A DNA stretch of 64,000 bases. Source: the human T2T-CHM13v2.0 reference genome, Homo sapiens. The stretch lies in the NCBI RefSeq assembly GCF_009914755.1, contig NC_060943.1; one strand, given 5' to 3'. Both the position numbers and the translations under genes were made by a program. Shown here one piece after another: positions 1 to 12,800 of this stretch (position 1 is the stretch's first letter; the number at the start of each line of letters is the position of its first letter). Below the pieces are notes generated by a model. The model was not told the DNA's origin, searched no databases, and saw nothing but the letters and a program-made list of their open reading frames with translations.

Positions 1-53
1 TGAAACACTCTTTTTGTGGAATTTGCAAGTGGAGATTTCAGCCGCTTTGAGGT

Positions 54-70
54 CAATGGTAGAATAGGAA
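54..70 (-). promoter_or_regulatory. pJalpha-like (A) box, at 54+340k
   Basis: Reverse complement TTCCTATTCTACCATTG matches 14 of 17 positions of the recalled consensus TTCCTTTTYCACCRTAG. It lies exactly 171 bp before the CENP-B box. Confidence 0.7.
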
Positions 71-98
71 ATATCTTCCTATAGAAACTAGACAGAAT

Positions 99-267
99 GA
101 TTCTCAGAAACTCCTTTGTGATGTGTGCGTTCAACTCACAGAGTTTAACCTTTCTTTTCATAGAGCAGTTGGGAAACACTCTGTTTGTAAAGTCTGCAAG
201 TGGATATTCAGACATCCTTGAGGCTTTCGTTGGAAACGGGATTTCTTCATATTCTGCTAGAAAGAAG
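99..267 (+). repeat. Representative B-type monomer (169 bp, J2-like) carrying the CENP-B box; recurs every 340 bp
   Basis: Starts gattctcagaaact at 99 and contains the CENP-B box at 225-241. The next monomer starts at 268. Confidence 0.9.
225..241 (+). promoter_or_regulatory. CENP-B box, first of 188 positions at 225+340k; 180 keep the NTTCGNNNNANNCGGGN core by eye
   Basis: TTTCGTTGGAAACGGGA matches the consensus YTTCGTTGGAARCGGGA. B dimers read CTTCGTTGGAAACGGGA and C dimers read CTTCGTTGGAAGCGGGA. Confidence 0.97.
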
Positions 268-272
268 AATTC
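267..272. other. EcoRI site once per dimer; extra sites at 11516, 16616 and 20356
   Basis: GAATTC at 267+340k. The variant tgtgtgaattc creates the three extra sites. Confidence 0.93.
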
Positions 273-438
273 TCAGTAACGTCCTTGTGTTGTGTGTATT
301 CAACTCACAGAGTTGAACGATCCTTTACACAGAGCAGACTTGAAACACTCTTTTTGTGGAATTTGCAAGTGGAGATTTCAGCCGCTTTGAGTTCAATGGT
401 AGAATAGGAAATATCTTCCTATAGAAACTAGACAGAAT
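268..438 (+). repeat. Representative A-type monomer (171 bp, J1-like) without CENP-B box; recurs every 340 bp
   Basis: Starts aattctcagtaac at 268 and has caatggtagaataggaa at the position homologous to the CENP-B box. Confidence 0.9.
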
Positions 439-3400
439 GATTCTCAGAAACTCCTTTGTGATGTGTGCGTTCAACTCACAGAGTTCAACCTTTCTTTTCA
501 TAGAGCAGTTGGGAAACACTCTGTTTGTAAAGTCTGCAAGTGGATATTCAGACTTCTTTGAGGCCTTCGTTGGAAGCGGGATTTCTTCATATTCTGCTAG
601 ACAGAAGAATTCTCAGTAACTGCCTTGTGTTGTGTGTATTCAACTCACAGAGTTGAACGATCCTTTACACAGAGCAGACTTGAAACACTCTTTTTGTGGA
701 ATTTGCAAGTGGAGATTTCAGCCGCTTTGAGGTCAATGGTAGAATAGGAAATATCTTCCTATAGAAACTAGACAGAATGATTCTCAGAAACTCCTTTGTG
801 ATGTGTGCGTTCAACTCACAGAGTTTACCCTTTCTTTTCATAGAGCAGTTAGGAAACACTCTGTTTGTAAAGTCTGCAAGTGGATATTCAGACATCCTTG
901 AGGCTTTCGTTGGAAACGGGATTTCTTCATATTCTGCTAGAAAGAAGAATTCTCAGTAACTTCCTTGTGTTGTGTGTATTCAACTCACAGAGTTGAACGA
1001 TCCTTTACACAGAGCAGACTTGAAACACTCTTTTTGTGGAATTTGCAAGTGGAGATTTCAGCCGCTTTGAGGTCAATGGTAGAATAGGAAATATCTTCCT
1101 ATAGAAACTAGACAGAATGATTCTCAGAAACTCCTTTGTGATGTGTGCGTTCAACTCACACAGTTTAACCTTTCTTTTCATAGAGCAGTTAGGAAACACT
1201 CTGTTTGTAAAGTCTGCAAGTGGATATTCAGACCTCCTTGAGGCCTTCGTTGGAAACGGGATTTCTTCATATTATGCTAGACAGAAGAATTCTCAGTAAC
1301 TTCCTTGTGTTGTGTGTATTCAACTCACAGAGTTGAACGATCCTTTACACAGAGCAGACTTGAAACACTCTTTTTGTGGAATTTGCAAGTGGAGATTTCA
1401 GCCGCTTTGAGTTCAATGGTAGAATAGGAAATATCTTCCTATAGAAACTAGACAGAATGATTCTCAGAAACTCCTTTGTGATGTGTGCGTTCAACTCACA
1501 GAGTTCAACCTTTCTTTTCATAGAGCAGTTGGGAAACACTCTGTTTGTAAAGTCTGCAAGTGGATATTCAGACTTCTTTGAGGCCTTCGTTGGAAGCGGG
1601 ATTTCTTCATGTTCTGCTAGACAGAAGAATTCTCAGTAACTTCCTTGTGTTGTGTGTATTCAACTCAGAGAGTTGAACGATCCTTTACACAGAGCAGACT
1701 TGAAACACTCTTTTTGTGGAATTTGCAAGTGGAGATTTCAGCCGCTTTGAGGTCAATGGTAGAATAGGAAATATCTTCCTATAGAAACTAGACAGAATGA
1801 TTCTCAGAAACTCCTTTGTGATGTGTGCGTTCAACTCACAGAGTTTAACCTTTCTTTTCATAGAGCAGTTAGGAAACACTCTGTTTGTAAAGTCTGCAAG
1901 TGGATATTCAGACATCCTTGAGGCTTTCGTTGGAAACGGGATTTCTTCATATTCTGCTAGAAAGAAGAATTCTCAGTAACTTCCTTGTGTTGTGTGTATT
2001 CAACTCACAGAGTTGAACGATCCTTTACACAGAGCAGACTTGAAACACTCTTTTTGTGGAATTTGCAAGTGGAGATTTCAGCCGCTTTGAGGTCAATGGT
2101 AGAATAGGAAATATCTTCCTATAGAAACTAGACAGAATGATTCTCAGAAACTCCTTTGTGATGTGTGCGTTCAACTCACAGAGTTTAACCTTTCTTTTCA
2201 TAGCGCAGTTGGGAAACACTCTGTTTGTAAAGTCTGCAAGTGGATATTCAGACATCCTTGAGGCTTTCGTTGGAAACGGGATTTCTTCATATTCTGCTAG
2301 AAAGAAGAATTCTCAGTAACTTCCTTGTGTTGTGTGTATTCAACTCACAGAGTTGAACGATCCTTTACACAGAGCAGACTTGAAACACTCTTTTTGTGGA
2401 ATTTGCAAGTGGAGATTTCAGCCGCTTTGAGGTCAATGGTAGAATAGGAAATATCTTCCTATAGAAACTAGACAGAATGATTCTCAGAAACTCCTTTGTG
2501 ATGTGTGCGTTCAACTCACAGAGTTTAACCTTTCTTTTCATAGAGCAGTTGGGAAACACTCTGTTTGTAAAGTCTGCAAGTGGATATTCAGACATCCTTG
2601 AGACTTTCGTTGGAAACGGGATTTCTTCATATTCTGCTAGAAGGAAGAATTCTCAGTAACTTCCTTGTGTTGTGTGTATTCAACTCACAGAGTTGAACGA
2701 TCCTTTACACAGAGCAGACTTGAAACACTCTTTTTGCGGAATTTGCAAGTGGAGATTTCAGCCGCTTTGAGTTCAATGGTAGAATAGGAAATATCTTCCT
2801 ATAGAAACTAGACAGAATGATTCTCAGAAACTCCTTTGTGATGTGTGCGTTCAACTCACAGAGTTCAACCTTTCTTTTCATAGAGCAGTTGGGAAACACT
2901 CTGTTTGTAAAGTCTGCAAGTGGATATTCAGACTTCTTTGAGGCCTTCGTTGGAAGCGGGATTTCTTCATGTTCTGCTAGACAGAAGAATTCTCAGTAAC
3001 TTCCTTGTGTTGTGTGTATTCAACTCAGAGAGTTGAACGATCCTTTACACAGAGCAGACTTGAAACACTCTTTTTGTGGAATTTGCAAGTGGAGATTTCA
3101 GCCGCTTTGAGGTCAATGGTAGAATAGGAAATATCTTCCTATAGAAACTAGACAGAATGATTCTCAGAAACTCCTTTGTGATGTGTGCGTTCAACTCACA
3201 GAGTTTACCCTTTCTTTTCATAGAGCAGTTAGGAAACACTCTGTTTGTAAAGTCTGCAAGTGGATATTCAGACATCCTTGAGGCTTTCGTTGGAAACGGG
3301 ATTTCTTCATATTCTGCTAAAAAGAAGAATTCTCAGTAACTTCCTTGTGTTGTGTGTATTCAACTCACAGAGTTGAACGATCCTTTACACAGAGCAGACT

Positions 3401-6400
3401 TGAAACACTCTTTTTGTGGAATTTGCAAGTGGAGATTTCAGCCGCTTTGAGGTCAATGGTAGAATAGGAAATATCTTCCTATAGAAACTAGACAGAATGA
3501 TTCTCAGAAACTCCTTTGTGATGTGTGCGTTCAACTCACACAGTTTAACCTTTCTTTTCATAGAGCAGTTAGGAAACACTCTGTTTGTAAAGTCTGCAAG
3601 TGGATATTCAGACATCCTTGAGGCTTTCGTTGGAAACGGGATTTCTTCATATTCTGCTAGAAAGAAGAATTCTCAGTAACTTCCTTGTGTTGTGTGTATT
3701 CAACTCACAGAGTTGAACGATCCTTTACACAGAGCAGACTTGAAACACTCTTTTTGTGGAATTTGCAAGTGGAGATTTCAGCCGCTTTGAGGTCAATGGT
3801 AGAATAGGAAATATCTTCCTATAGAAACTAGACAGAATGATTCTCAGAAACTCCTTTGTGATGTGTGCGTTCAACTCACAGAGTTTAACCTTTCTTTTCA
3901 TAGAGCAGTTAGGAAACACTCTGTTTGTAAAGTCTGCAAGTGGATATTCAGACATCCTTGAGGCTTTCGTTGGAAACGGGATTTCTTCATATTCTGCTAG
4001 AAAGAAGAATTCTCAGTAACTTCCTTGTGTTGTGTGTATTCAACTCACAGAGTTGAACGATCCTTTACACAGAGCAGACTTGAAACACTCTTTTTGTGGA
4101 ATTTGCAAGTGGAGATTTCAGCCGCTTTGAGGTCAATGGTAGAATAGGAAATATCTTCCTATAGAAACTAGACAGAATGATTCTCAGAAACTCCTTTGTG
4201 ATGTGTGCGTTCAACTCACAGAGTTTAACCTTTCTTTTCATAGAGCAGTTAGGAAATACTCTGTTTGTAAAGTCTGCAAGTGGATATTCAGACCTCCTTG
4301 AGGCCTTCGTTGGAAACGGGATTTCTTCATATTATGCTAGACAGAAGAATTCTCAGTAACTTCCTTGTGTTGTGTGTATTCAACTCACAGAGTTGAACGA
4401 TCCTTTACACAGAGCAGACTTGAAACACTCTTTTTGTGGAATTTGCAAGTGGAGATTTCAGCCGCTTTGAGGTCAATGGTAGAATAGGAAATATCTTCCT
4501 ATAGAAACTAGACAGAATGATTCTCAGAAACTCCTTTGTGATGTGTGCGTTCAACTCACAGAGTTCAACCTTTCTTTTCATAGAGCAGTTGGGAAACACT
4601 CTGTTTGTAAAGTCTGCAAGTGGACATTCAGACTTCTTTGAGGCCTTCGTTGGAAGCGGGATTTCTTCATATTCTGCTAGACAGAAGAATTCTCAGTAAC
4701 TGCCTTGTGTTGTGTGTATTCAACTCACAGAGTTGAACGATCCTTTACACAGAGCAGACTTGAAACACTCTTTTTGTGGAATTTGCAAGTGGAGATTTCA
4801 GCCGCTTTGAGGTCAATGGTAGAATAGGAAATATCTTCCTATAGAAACTAGACAGAATGATTCTCAGAAACTCCTTTGTGATGTGTGCGTTCAACTCACA
4901 GAGTTTACCCTTTCTTTTCATAGAGCAGTTAGGAAACACTCTGTTTGTAAAGTCTGCAAGTGGATATTCAGACATCCTTGAGGCTTTCGTTGGAAACGGG
5001 ATTTCTTCATATTCTGCTAGAAAGAAGAATTCTCAGTAACTTCCTTGTGTTGTGTGTATTCAACTCACAGAGTTGAACGATCCTTTACACAGAGCAGACT
5101 TGAAACACTCTTTTTGTGGAATTTGCAAGTGGAGATTTCAGCCGCTTTGAGGTCAATGGTAGAATAGGAAATATCTTCCTATAGAAACTAGACAGAATGA
5201 TTCTCAGAAACTCCTTTGTGATGTGTGCGTTCAACTCACACAGTTTAACCTTTCTTTTCATAGAGCAGTTAGGAAACACTCTGTTTGTAAAGTCTGCAAG
5301 TGGATATTCAGACCTCCTTGAGGCCTTCGTTGGAAACGGGATTTCTTCATATTATGCTAGACAGAAGAATTCTCAGTAACTTCCTTGTGTTGTGTGTATT
5401 CAACTCACAGAGTTGAACGATCCTTTACACAGAGCAGACTTGAAACACTCTTTTTGTGGAATTTGCAAGTGGAGATTTCAGCCGCTTTGAGTTCAATGGT
5501 AGAATAGGAAATATCTTCCTATAGAAACTAGACAGAATGATTCTCAGAAACTCCTTTGTGATGTGTGCGTTCAACTCACAGAGTTCAACCTTTCTTTTCA
5601 TAGAGCAGTTGGGAAACACTCTGTTTGTAAAGTCTGCAAGTGGATATTCAGACTTCTTTGAGGCCTTCGTTGGAAGCGGGATTTCTTCATGTTCTGCTAG
5701 ACAGAAGAATTCTCAGTAACTTCCTTGTGTTGTGTGTATTCAACTCAGAGAGTTGAACGATCCTTTACACAGAGCAGACTTGAAACACTCTTTTTGTGGA
5801 ATTTGCAAGTGGAGATTTCAGCCGCTTTGAGGTCAATGGTAGAATAGGAAATATCTTCCTATAGAAACTAGACAGAATGATTCTCAGAAACTCCTTTGTG
5901 ATGTGTGCGTTCAACTCACAGAGTTTAACCTTTCTTTTCATAGAGCAGTTAGGAAACACTCTGTTTGTAAAGTCTGCAAGTGGATATTCAGACATCCTTG
6001 AGGCTTTCGTTGGAAACGGGATTTCTTCATATTCTGCTAGAAAGAAGAATTCTCAGTAACTTCCTTGTGTTGTGTGTATTCAACTCACAGAGTTGAACGA
6101 TCCTTTACACAGAGCAGACTTGAAACACTCTTTTTGTGGAATTTGCAAGTGGAGATTTCAGCCGCTTTGAGGTCAATGGTAGAATAGGAAATATCTTCCT
6201 ATAGAAACTAGACAGAATGATTCTCAGAAACTCCTTTGTGATGTGTGCGTTCAACTCACAGAGTTTAACCTTTCTTTTCATAGCGCAGTTGAGAAACACT
6301 CTGTTTGTAAAGTCTGCAAGTGGATATTCAGACATCCTTGAGGCTTTCGTTGGAAACGGGATTTCTTCATATTCTGCTAGAAAGAAGAATTCTCAGTAAC

Positions 6401-6800
6401 TTCCTTGTGTTGTGTGTATTCAACTCACAGAGTTGAACGATCCTTTACACAGAGCAGACTTGAAACACTCTTTTTGTGGAATTTGCAAGTGGAGATTTCA
6501 GCCGCTTTGAGGTCAATGGTAGAATAGGAAATATCTTCCTATAGAAACTAGACAGAATGATTCTCAGAAACTCCTTTGTGATGTGTGCGTTCAACTCACA
6601 GAGTTTAACCTTTCTTTTCATAGAGCAGTTAGGAAACACTCTGTTTGTAAAGTCTGCAAGTGGATATTCAGACATCCTTGAGGCTTTCGTTGGAAACGGG
6701 ATTTCTTCATATTCTGCTAGAAAGAAGAATTCTCAGTAACTTCCTTGTGTTGTGTGTATTCAACTCACAGAGTTGAACGATCCTTTACACAGAGCAGACT

Positions 6801-9800
6801 TGAAACACTCTTTTTGTGGAATTTGCAAGTGGAGATTTCAGCCGCTTTGAGGTCAATGGTAGAATAGGAAATATCTTCCTATAGAAACTAGACAGAATGA
6901 TTCTCAGAAACTCCTTTGTGATGTGTGCGTTCAACTCACAGAGTTTAACCTTTCTTTTCATAGAGCAGTTGGGAAACACTCTGTTTGTAAAGTCTGCAAG
7001 TGGATATTCAGACATCCTTGAGGCTTTCGTTGGAAACGGGATTTCTTCATATTCTGCTAGAAAGAAGAATTCTCAGTAACGTCCTTGTGTTGTGTGTATT
7101 CAACTCACAGAGTTGAACGATCCTTTACACAGAGCAGACTTGAAACACTCTTTTTGTGGAATTTGCAAGTGGAGATTTCAGCCGCTTTGAGTTCAATGGT
7201 AGAATAGGAAATATCTTCCTATAGAAACTAGACAGAATGATTCTCAGAAACTCCTTTGTGATGTGTGCGTTCAACTCACAGAGTTCAACCTTTCTTTTCA
7301 TAGAGCAGTTGGGAAACACTCTGTTTGTAAAGTCTGCAAGTGGATATTCAGACTTCTTTGAGGCCTTCGTTGGAAGCGGGATTTCTTCATATTCTGCTAG
7401 ACAGAAGAATTCTCAGTAACTGCCTTGTGTTGTGTGTATTCAACTCACAGAGTTGAACGATCCTTTACACAGAGCAGACTTGAAACACTCTTTTTGTGGA
7501 ATTTGCAAGTGGAGATTTCAGCCGCTTTGAGGTCAATGGTAGAATAGGAAATATCTTCCTATAGAAACTAGACAGAATGATTCTCAGAAACTCCTTTGTG
7601 ATGTGTGCGTTCAACTCACAGAGTTTACCCTTTCTTTTCATAGAGCAGTTAGGAAACACTCTGTTTGTAAAGTCTGCAAGTGGATATTCAGACATCCTTG
7701 AGGCTTTCGTTGGAAACGGGATTTCTTCATATTCTGCTAGAAAGAAGAATTCTCAGTAACTTCCTTGTGTTGTGTGTATTCAACTCACAGAGTTGAACGA
7801 TCCTTTACACAGAGCAGACTTGAAACACTCTTTTTGTGGAATTTGCAAGTGGAGATTTCAGCCGCTTTGAGGTCAATGGTAGAATAGGAAATATCTTCCT
7901 ATAGAAACTAGACAGAATGATTCTCAGAAACTCCTTTGTGATGTGTGCGTTCAACTCACACAGTTTAACCTTTCTTTTCATAGAGCAGTTAGGAAACACT
8001 CTGTTTGTAAAGTCTGCAAGTGGATATTCAGACCTCCTTGAGGCCTTCGTTGGAAACGGGATTTCTTCATATTATGCTAGACAGAAGAATTCTCAGTAAC
8101 TTCCTTGTGTTGTGTGTATTCAACTCACAGAGTTGAACGATCCTTTACACAGAGCAGACTTGAAACACTCTTTTTGTGGAATTTGCAAGTGGAGATTTCA
8201 GCCGCTTTGAGTTCAATGGTAGAATAGGAAATATCTTCCTATAGAAACTAGACAGAATGATTCTCAGAAACTCCTTTGTGATGTGTGCGTTCAACTCACA
8301 GAGTTCAACCTTTCTTTTCATAGAGCAGTTGGGAAACACTCTGTTTGTAAAGTCTGCAAGTGGATATTCAGACTTCTTTGAGGCCTTCGTTGGAAGCGGG
8401 ATTTCTTCATGTTCTGCTAGACAGAAGAATTCTCAGTAACTTCCTTGTGTTGTGTGTATTCAACTCACAGAGTTGAACGATCCTTTACACAGAGCAGACT
8501 TGAAACACTCTTTTTGTGGAATTTGCAAGTGGAGATTTCAGCCGCTTTGAGGTCAATGGTAGAATAGGAAATATCTTCCTATAGAAACTAGACAGAATGA
8601 TTCTCAGAAACTCCTTTGTGATGTGTGCGTTCAACTCACAGAGTTTAACCTTTCTTTTCATAGAGCAGTTAGGAAACACTCTGTTTGTAAAGTCTGCAAG
8701 TGGATATTCAGACATCCTTGAGGCTTTCGTTGGAAACGGGATTTCTTCATATTCTGCTAGAAAGAAGAATTCTCAGTAACTTCCTTGTGTTGTGTGTATT
8801 CAACTCACAGAGTTGAACGATCCTTTACACAGAGCAGACTTGAAACACTCTTTTTGTGGAATTTGCAAGTGGAGATTTCAGCCGCTTTGAGGTCAATGGT
8901 AGAATAGGAAATATCTTCCTATAGAAACTAGACAGAATGATTCTCAGAAACTCCTTTGTGATGTGTGCGTTCAACTCACAGAGTTTAACCTTTCTTTTCA
9001 TAGCGCAGTTGGGAAACACTCTGTTTGTAAAGTCTGCAAGTGGATATTCAGACATCCTTGAGGCTTTCGTTGGAAACGGGATTTCTTCATATTCTGCTAG
9101 AAAGAAGAATTCTCAGTAACTTCCTTGTGTTGTGTGTATTCAACTCACAGAGTTGAACGATCCTTTACACAGAGCAGACTTGAAACACTCTTTTTGTGGA
9201 ATTTGCAAGTGGAGATTTCAGCCGCTTTGAGGTCAATGGTAGAATAGGAAATATCTTCCTATAGAAACTAGACAGAATGATTCTCAGAAACTCCTTTGTG
9301 ATGTGTGCGTTCAACTCACAGAGTTTAACCTTTCTTTTCATAGAGCAGTTGGGAAACACTCTGTTTGTAAAGTCTGCAAGTGGATATTCAGACATCCTTG
9401 AGACTTTCGTTGGAAACGGGATTTCTTCATATTCTGCTAGAAGGAAGAATTCTCAGTAACTTCCTTGTGTTGTGTGTATTCAACTCACAGAGTTGAACGA
9501 TCCTTTACACAGAGCAGACTTGAAACACTCTTTTTGCGGAATTTGCAAGTGGAGATTTCAGCCGCTTTGAGGTCAATGGTAGAATAGGAAATATCTTCCT
9601 ATAGAAACTAGACAGAATGATTCTCAGAAACTCCTTTGTGATGTGTGCGTTCAACTCACACAGTTTAACCTTTCTTTTCATAGAGCAGTTGGGAAACACT
9701 CTGTTTGTAAAGTCTGCAAGTGGATATTCAGACCTCCTTGCGGCCTTCGTTGGAAACGGGATTTCTTCATATTATGCTAGACAGAAGAATTCTCAGTAAC

Positions 9801-12800
9801 TTCCTTGTGTTGTGTGTATTCAACTCACGGAGTTGAACGATCCTTTACACAGAGCAGACTTGAAACACTCTTTTTGTGGAATTTGCAAGTGGAGATTTCA
9901 GCCGCTTTGAAGTCAATGGTAGAATAGGAAATATCTTCCTATAGAAACTAGACAGAATGATTCTCAGAAACTCCTTTGTGATGTGTGCGTTCAACTCACA
10001 CAGTTTAACCTTTCTTTTCATAGAGCAGTTAGGAAACACTCTGTTTGTAAAGTCTGCAAGTGGATATTCAGACATCCTTGAGGCTTTCGTTGGAAACGGG
10101 ATTTCTTCATATTCTGCTAGAAAGAAGAATTCTCAGTAACTTCCTTGTGTTGTGTGTATTCAACTCACAGAGTTGAACGATCCTTTACACAGAGCAGACT
10201 TGAAACACTCTTTTTGTGGAATTTGCAAGTGGAGATTTCAGCCGCTTTGAGGTCAATGGTAGAATAGGAAATATCTTCCTATAGAAACTAGACAGAATGA
10301 TTCTCAGAAACTCCTTTGTGATGTGTGCGTTCAACTCACAGAGTTTAACCTTTCTTTTCATAGCGCAGTTGGGAAACACTCTGTTTGTAAAGTCTGCAAG
10401 TGGATATTCAGACATCCTTGAGGCTTTCGTTGGAAACGGGATTTCTTCATATTCTGCTAGAAAGAAGAATTCTCAGTAACTTCCTTGTGTTGTGTGTATT
10501 CAACTCACAGAGTTGAGCGATCCTTTACACAGAGCAGACTTGAAACACTCTTTTTGTGGAATTTGCAAGTGGAGATTTCAGCCGCTTTGAGGTCAATGGT
10601 AGAATAGGAAATATCTTCCTATAGAAACTAGACAGAATGATTCTCAGAAACTCCTTTGTGATGTGTGCGTTCAACTCACAGAGTTTAACCTTTCTTTTCA
10701 TAGAGCAGTTGGGAAACACTCTGTTTGTAAAGTCTGCAAGTGGATATTCAGACATCCTTGAGACTTTCGTTGGAAACGGGATTTCTTCATATTCTGCTAG
10801 AAGGAAGAATTCTCAGTAACTTCCTTGTGTTGTGTGTATTCAACTCACAGAGTTGAACGATCCTTTACACAGAGCAGACTTGAAACACTCTTTTTGCGGA
10901 ATTTGCAAGTGGAGATTTCAGCCGCTTTGAGGTCAATGGTAGAATAGGAAATATCTTCCTATAGAAACTAGACAGAATGATTCTCAGAAACTCCTTTGTG
11001 ATGTGTGCGTTCAACTCACACAGTTTAACCTTTCTTTTCATAGAGCAGTTGGGAAACACTCTGTTTGTAAAGTCTGCAAGTGGATATTCAGACCTCCTTG
11101 CGGCCTTCGTTGGAAACGGGATTTCTTCATATTATGCTAGACAGAAGAATTCTCAGTAACTTCCTTGTGTTGTGTGTATTCAACTCACGGAGTTGAACGA
11201 TCCTTTACACAGAGCAGACTTGAAACACTCTTTTTGTGGAATTTGCAAGTGGAGATTTCAGCCGCTTTGAAGTCAATGGTAGAATAGGAAATATCTTCCT
11301 ATAGAAACTAGACAGAATGATTCTCAGAAACTCCTTTGTGATGTGTGCGTTCAACTCACACAGTTTAACCTTTCTTTTCATAGAGCAGTTAGGAAACACT
11401 CTGTTTGTAAAGTCTGCAAGTGGATATTCAGACCTCCTTGAGGCCTTCGTTGGAAACGGGATTTCTTCATATTCTGCTAGAAAGAAGAATTCTCAGTAAC
11501 TTCCTTGTGTTGTGTGAATTCAACTCACAGAGTTGAACGATCCTTTACACAGAGCAGACTTGAAACACTCTTTTTGTGGAATTTGCAAGTGGAGATTTCA
11601 GCCGCTTTGAGGTCAATGGTAGAATAGGAAATATCTTCCTATAGAAACTAGACAGAATGATTCTCAGAAACTCCTTTGTGATGTGTGCGTTCAACTCACA
11701 GAGTTTAACCTTTCTTTTCATAGAGCAGTTAGGAAACACTCTGTTTGTAAAGTCTGCAAGTGGATATTCAGACATCCTTGAGGCTTTCGTTGGAAACGGG
11801 ATTTCTTCATATTCTGCTAGAAAGAAGAATTCTCAGTAACTTCCTTGTGTTGTGTGTATTCAACTCACAGAGTTGAACGATCCTTTACACAGAGCAGACT
11901 TGAAACACTCTTTTTGTGGAATTTGCAAGTGGAGATTTCAGCCGCTTTGAGGTCAATGGTAGAATAGGAAATATCTTCCTATAGAAACTAGACAGAATGA
12001 TTCTCAGAAACTCCTTTGTGATGTGTGCGTTCAACTCACAGAGTTTAACCTTTCTTTTCATAGAGCAGTTGGGAAACACTCTGTTTGTAAAGTCTGCAAG
12101 TGGATATTCAGACATCCTTGAGGCTTTCGTTGGAAACGGGATTTCTTCATATTCTGCTAGAAAGAAGAATTCTCAGTAACGTCCTTGTGTTGTGTGTATT
12201 CAACTCACAGAGTTGAACGATCCTTTACACAGAGCAGACTTGAAACACTCTTTTTGTGGAATTTGCAAGTGGAGATTTCAGCCGCTTTGAGTTCAATGGT
12301 AGAATAGGAAATATCTTCCTATAGAAACTAGACAGAATGATTCTCAGAAACTCCTTTGTGATGTGTGCGTTCAACTCACAGAGTTCAACCTTTCTTTTCA
12401 TAGAGCAGTTGGGAAACACTCTGTTTGTAAAGTCTGCAAGTGGATATTCAGACTTCTTTGAGGCCTTCGTTGGAAGCGGGATTTCTTCATATTCTGCTAG
12501 ACAGAAGAATTCTCAGTAACTGCCTTGTGTTGTGTGTATTCAACTCACAGAGTTGAACGATCCTTTACACAGAGCAGACTTGAAACACTCTTTTTGTGGA
12601 ATTTGCAAGTGGAGATTTCAGCCGCTTTGAGGTCAATGGTAGAATAGGAAATATCTTCCTATAGAAACTAGACAGAATGATTCTCAGAAACTCCTTTGTG
12701 ATGTGTGCGTTCAACTCACAGAGTTTACCCTTTCTTTTCATAGAGCAGTTAGGAAACACTCTGTTTGTAAAGTCTGCAAGTGGATATTCAGACATCCTTG

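Noticed and set aside
286-298. (TG)n microsatellite-like tract
   Set aside because: It is a short, length-invariant part of the monomer.
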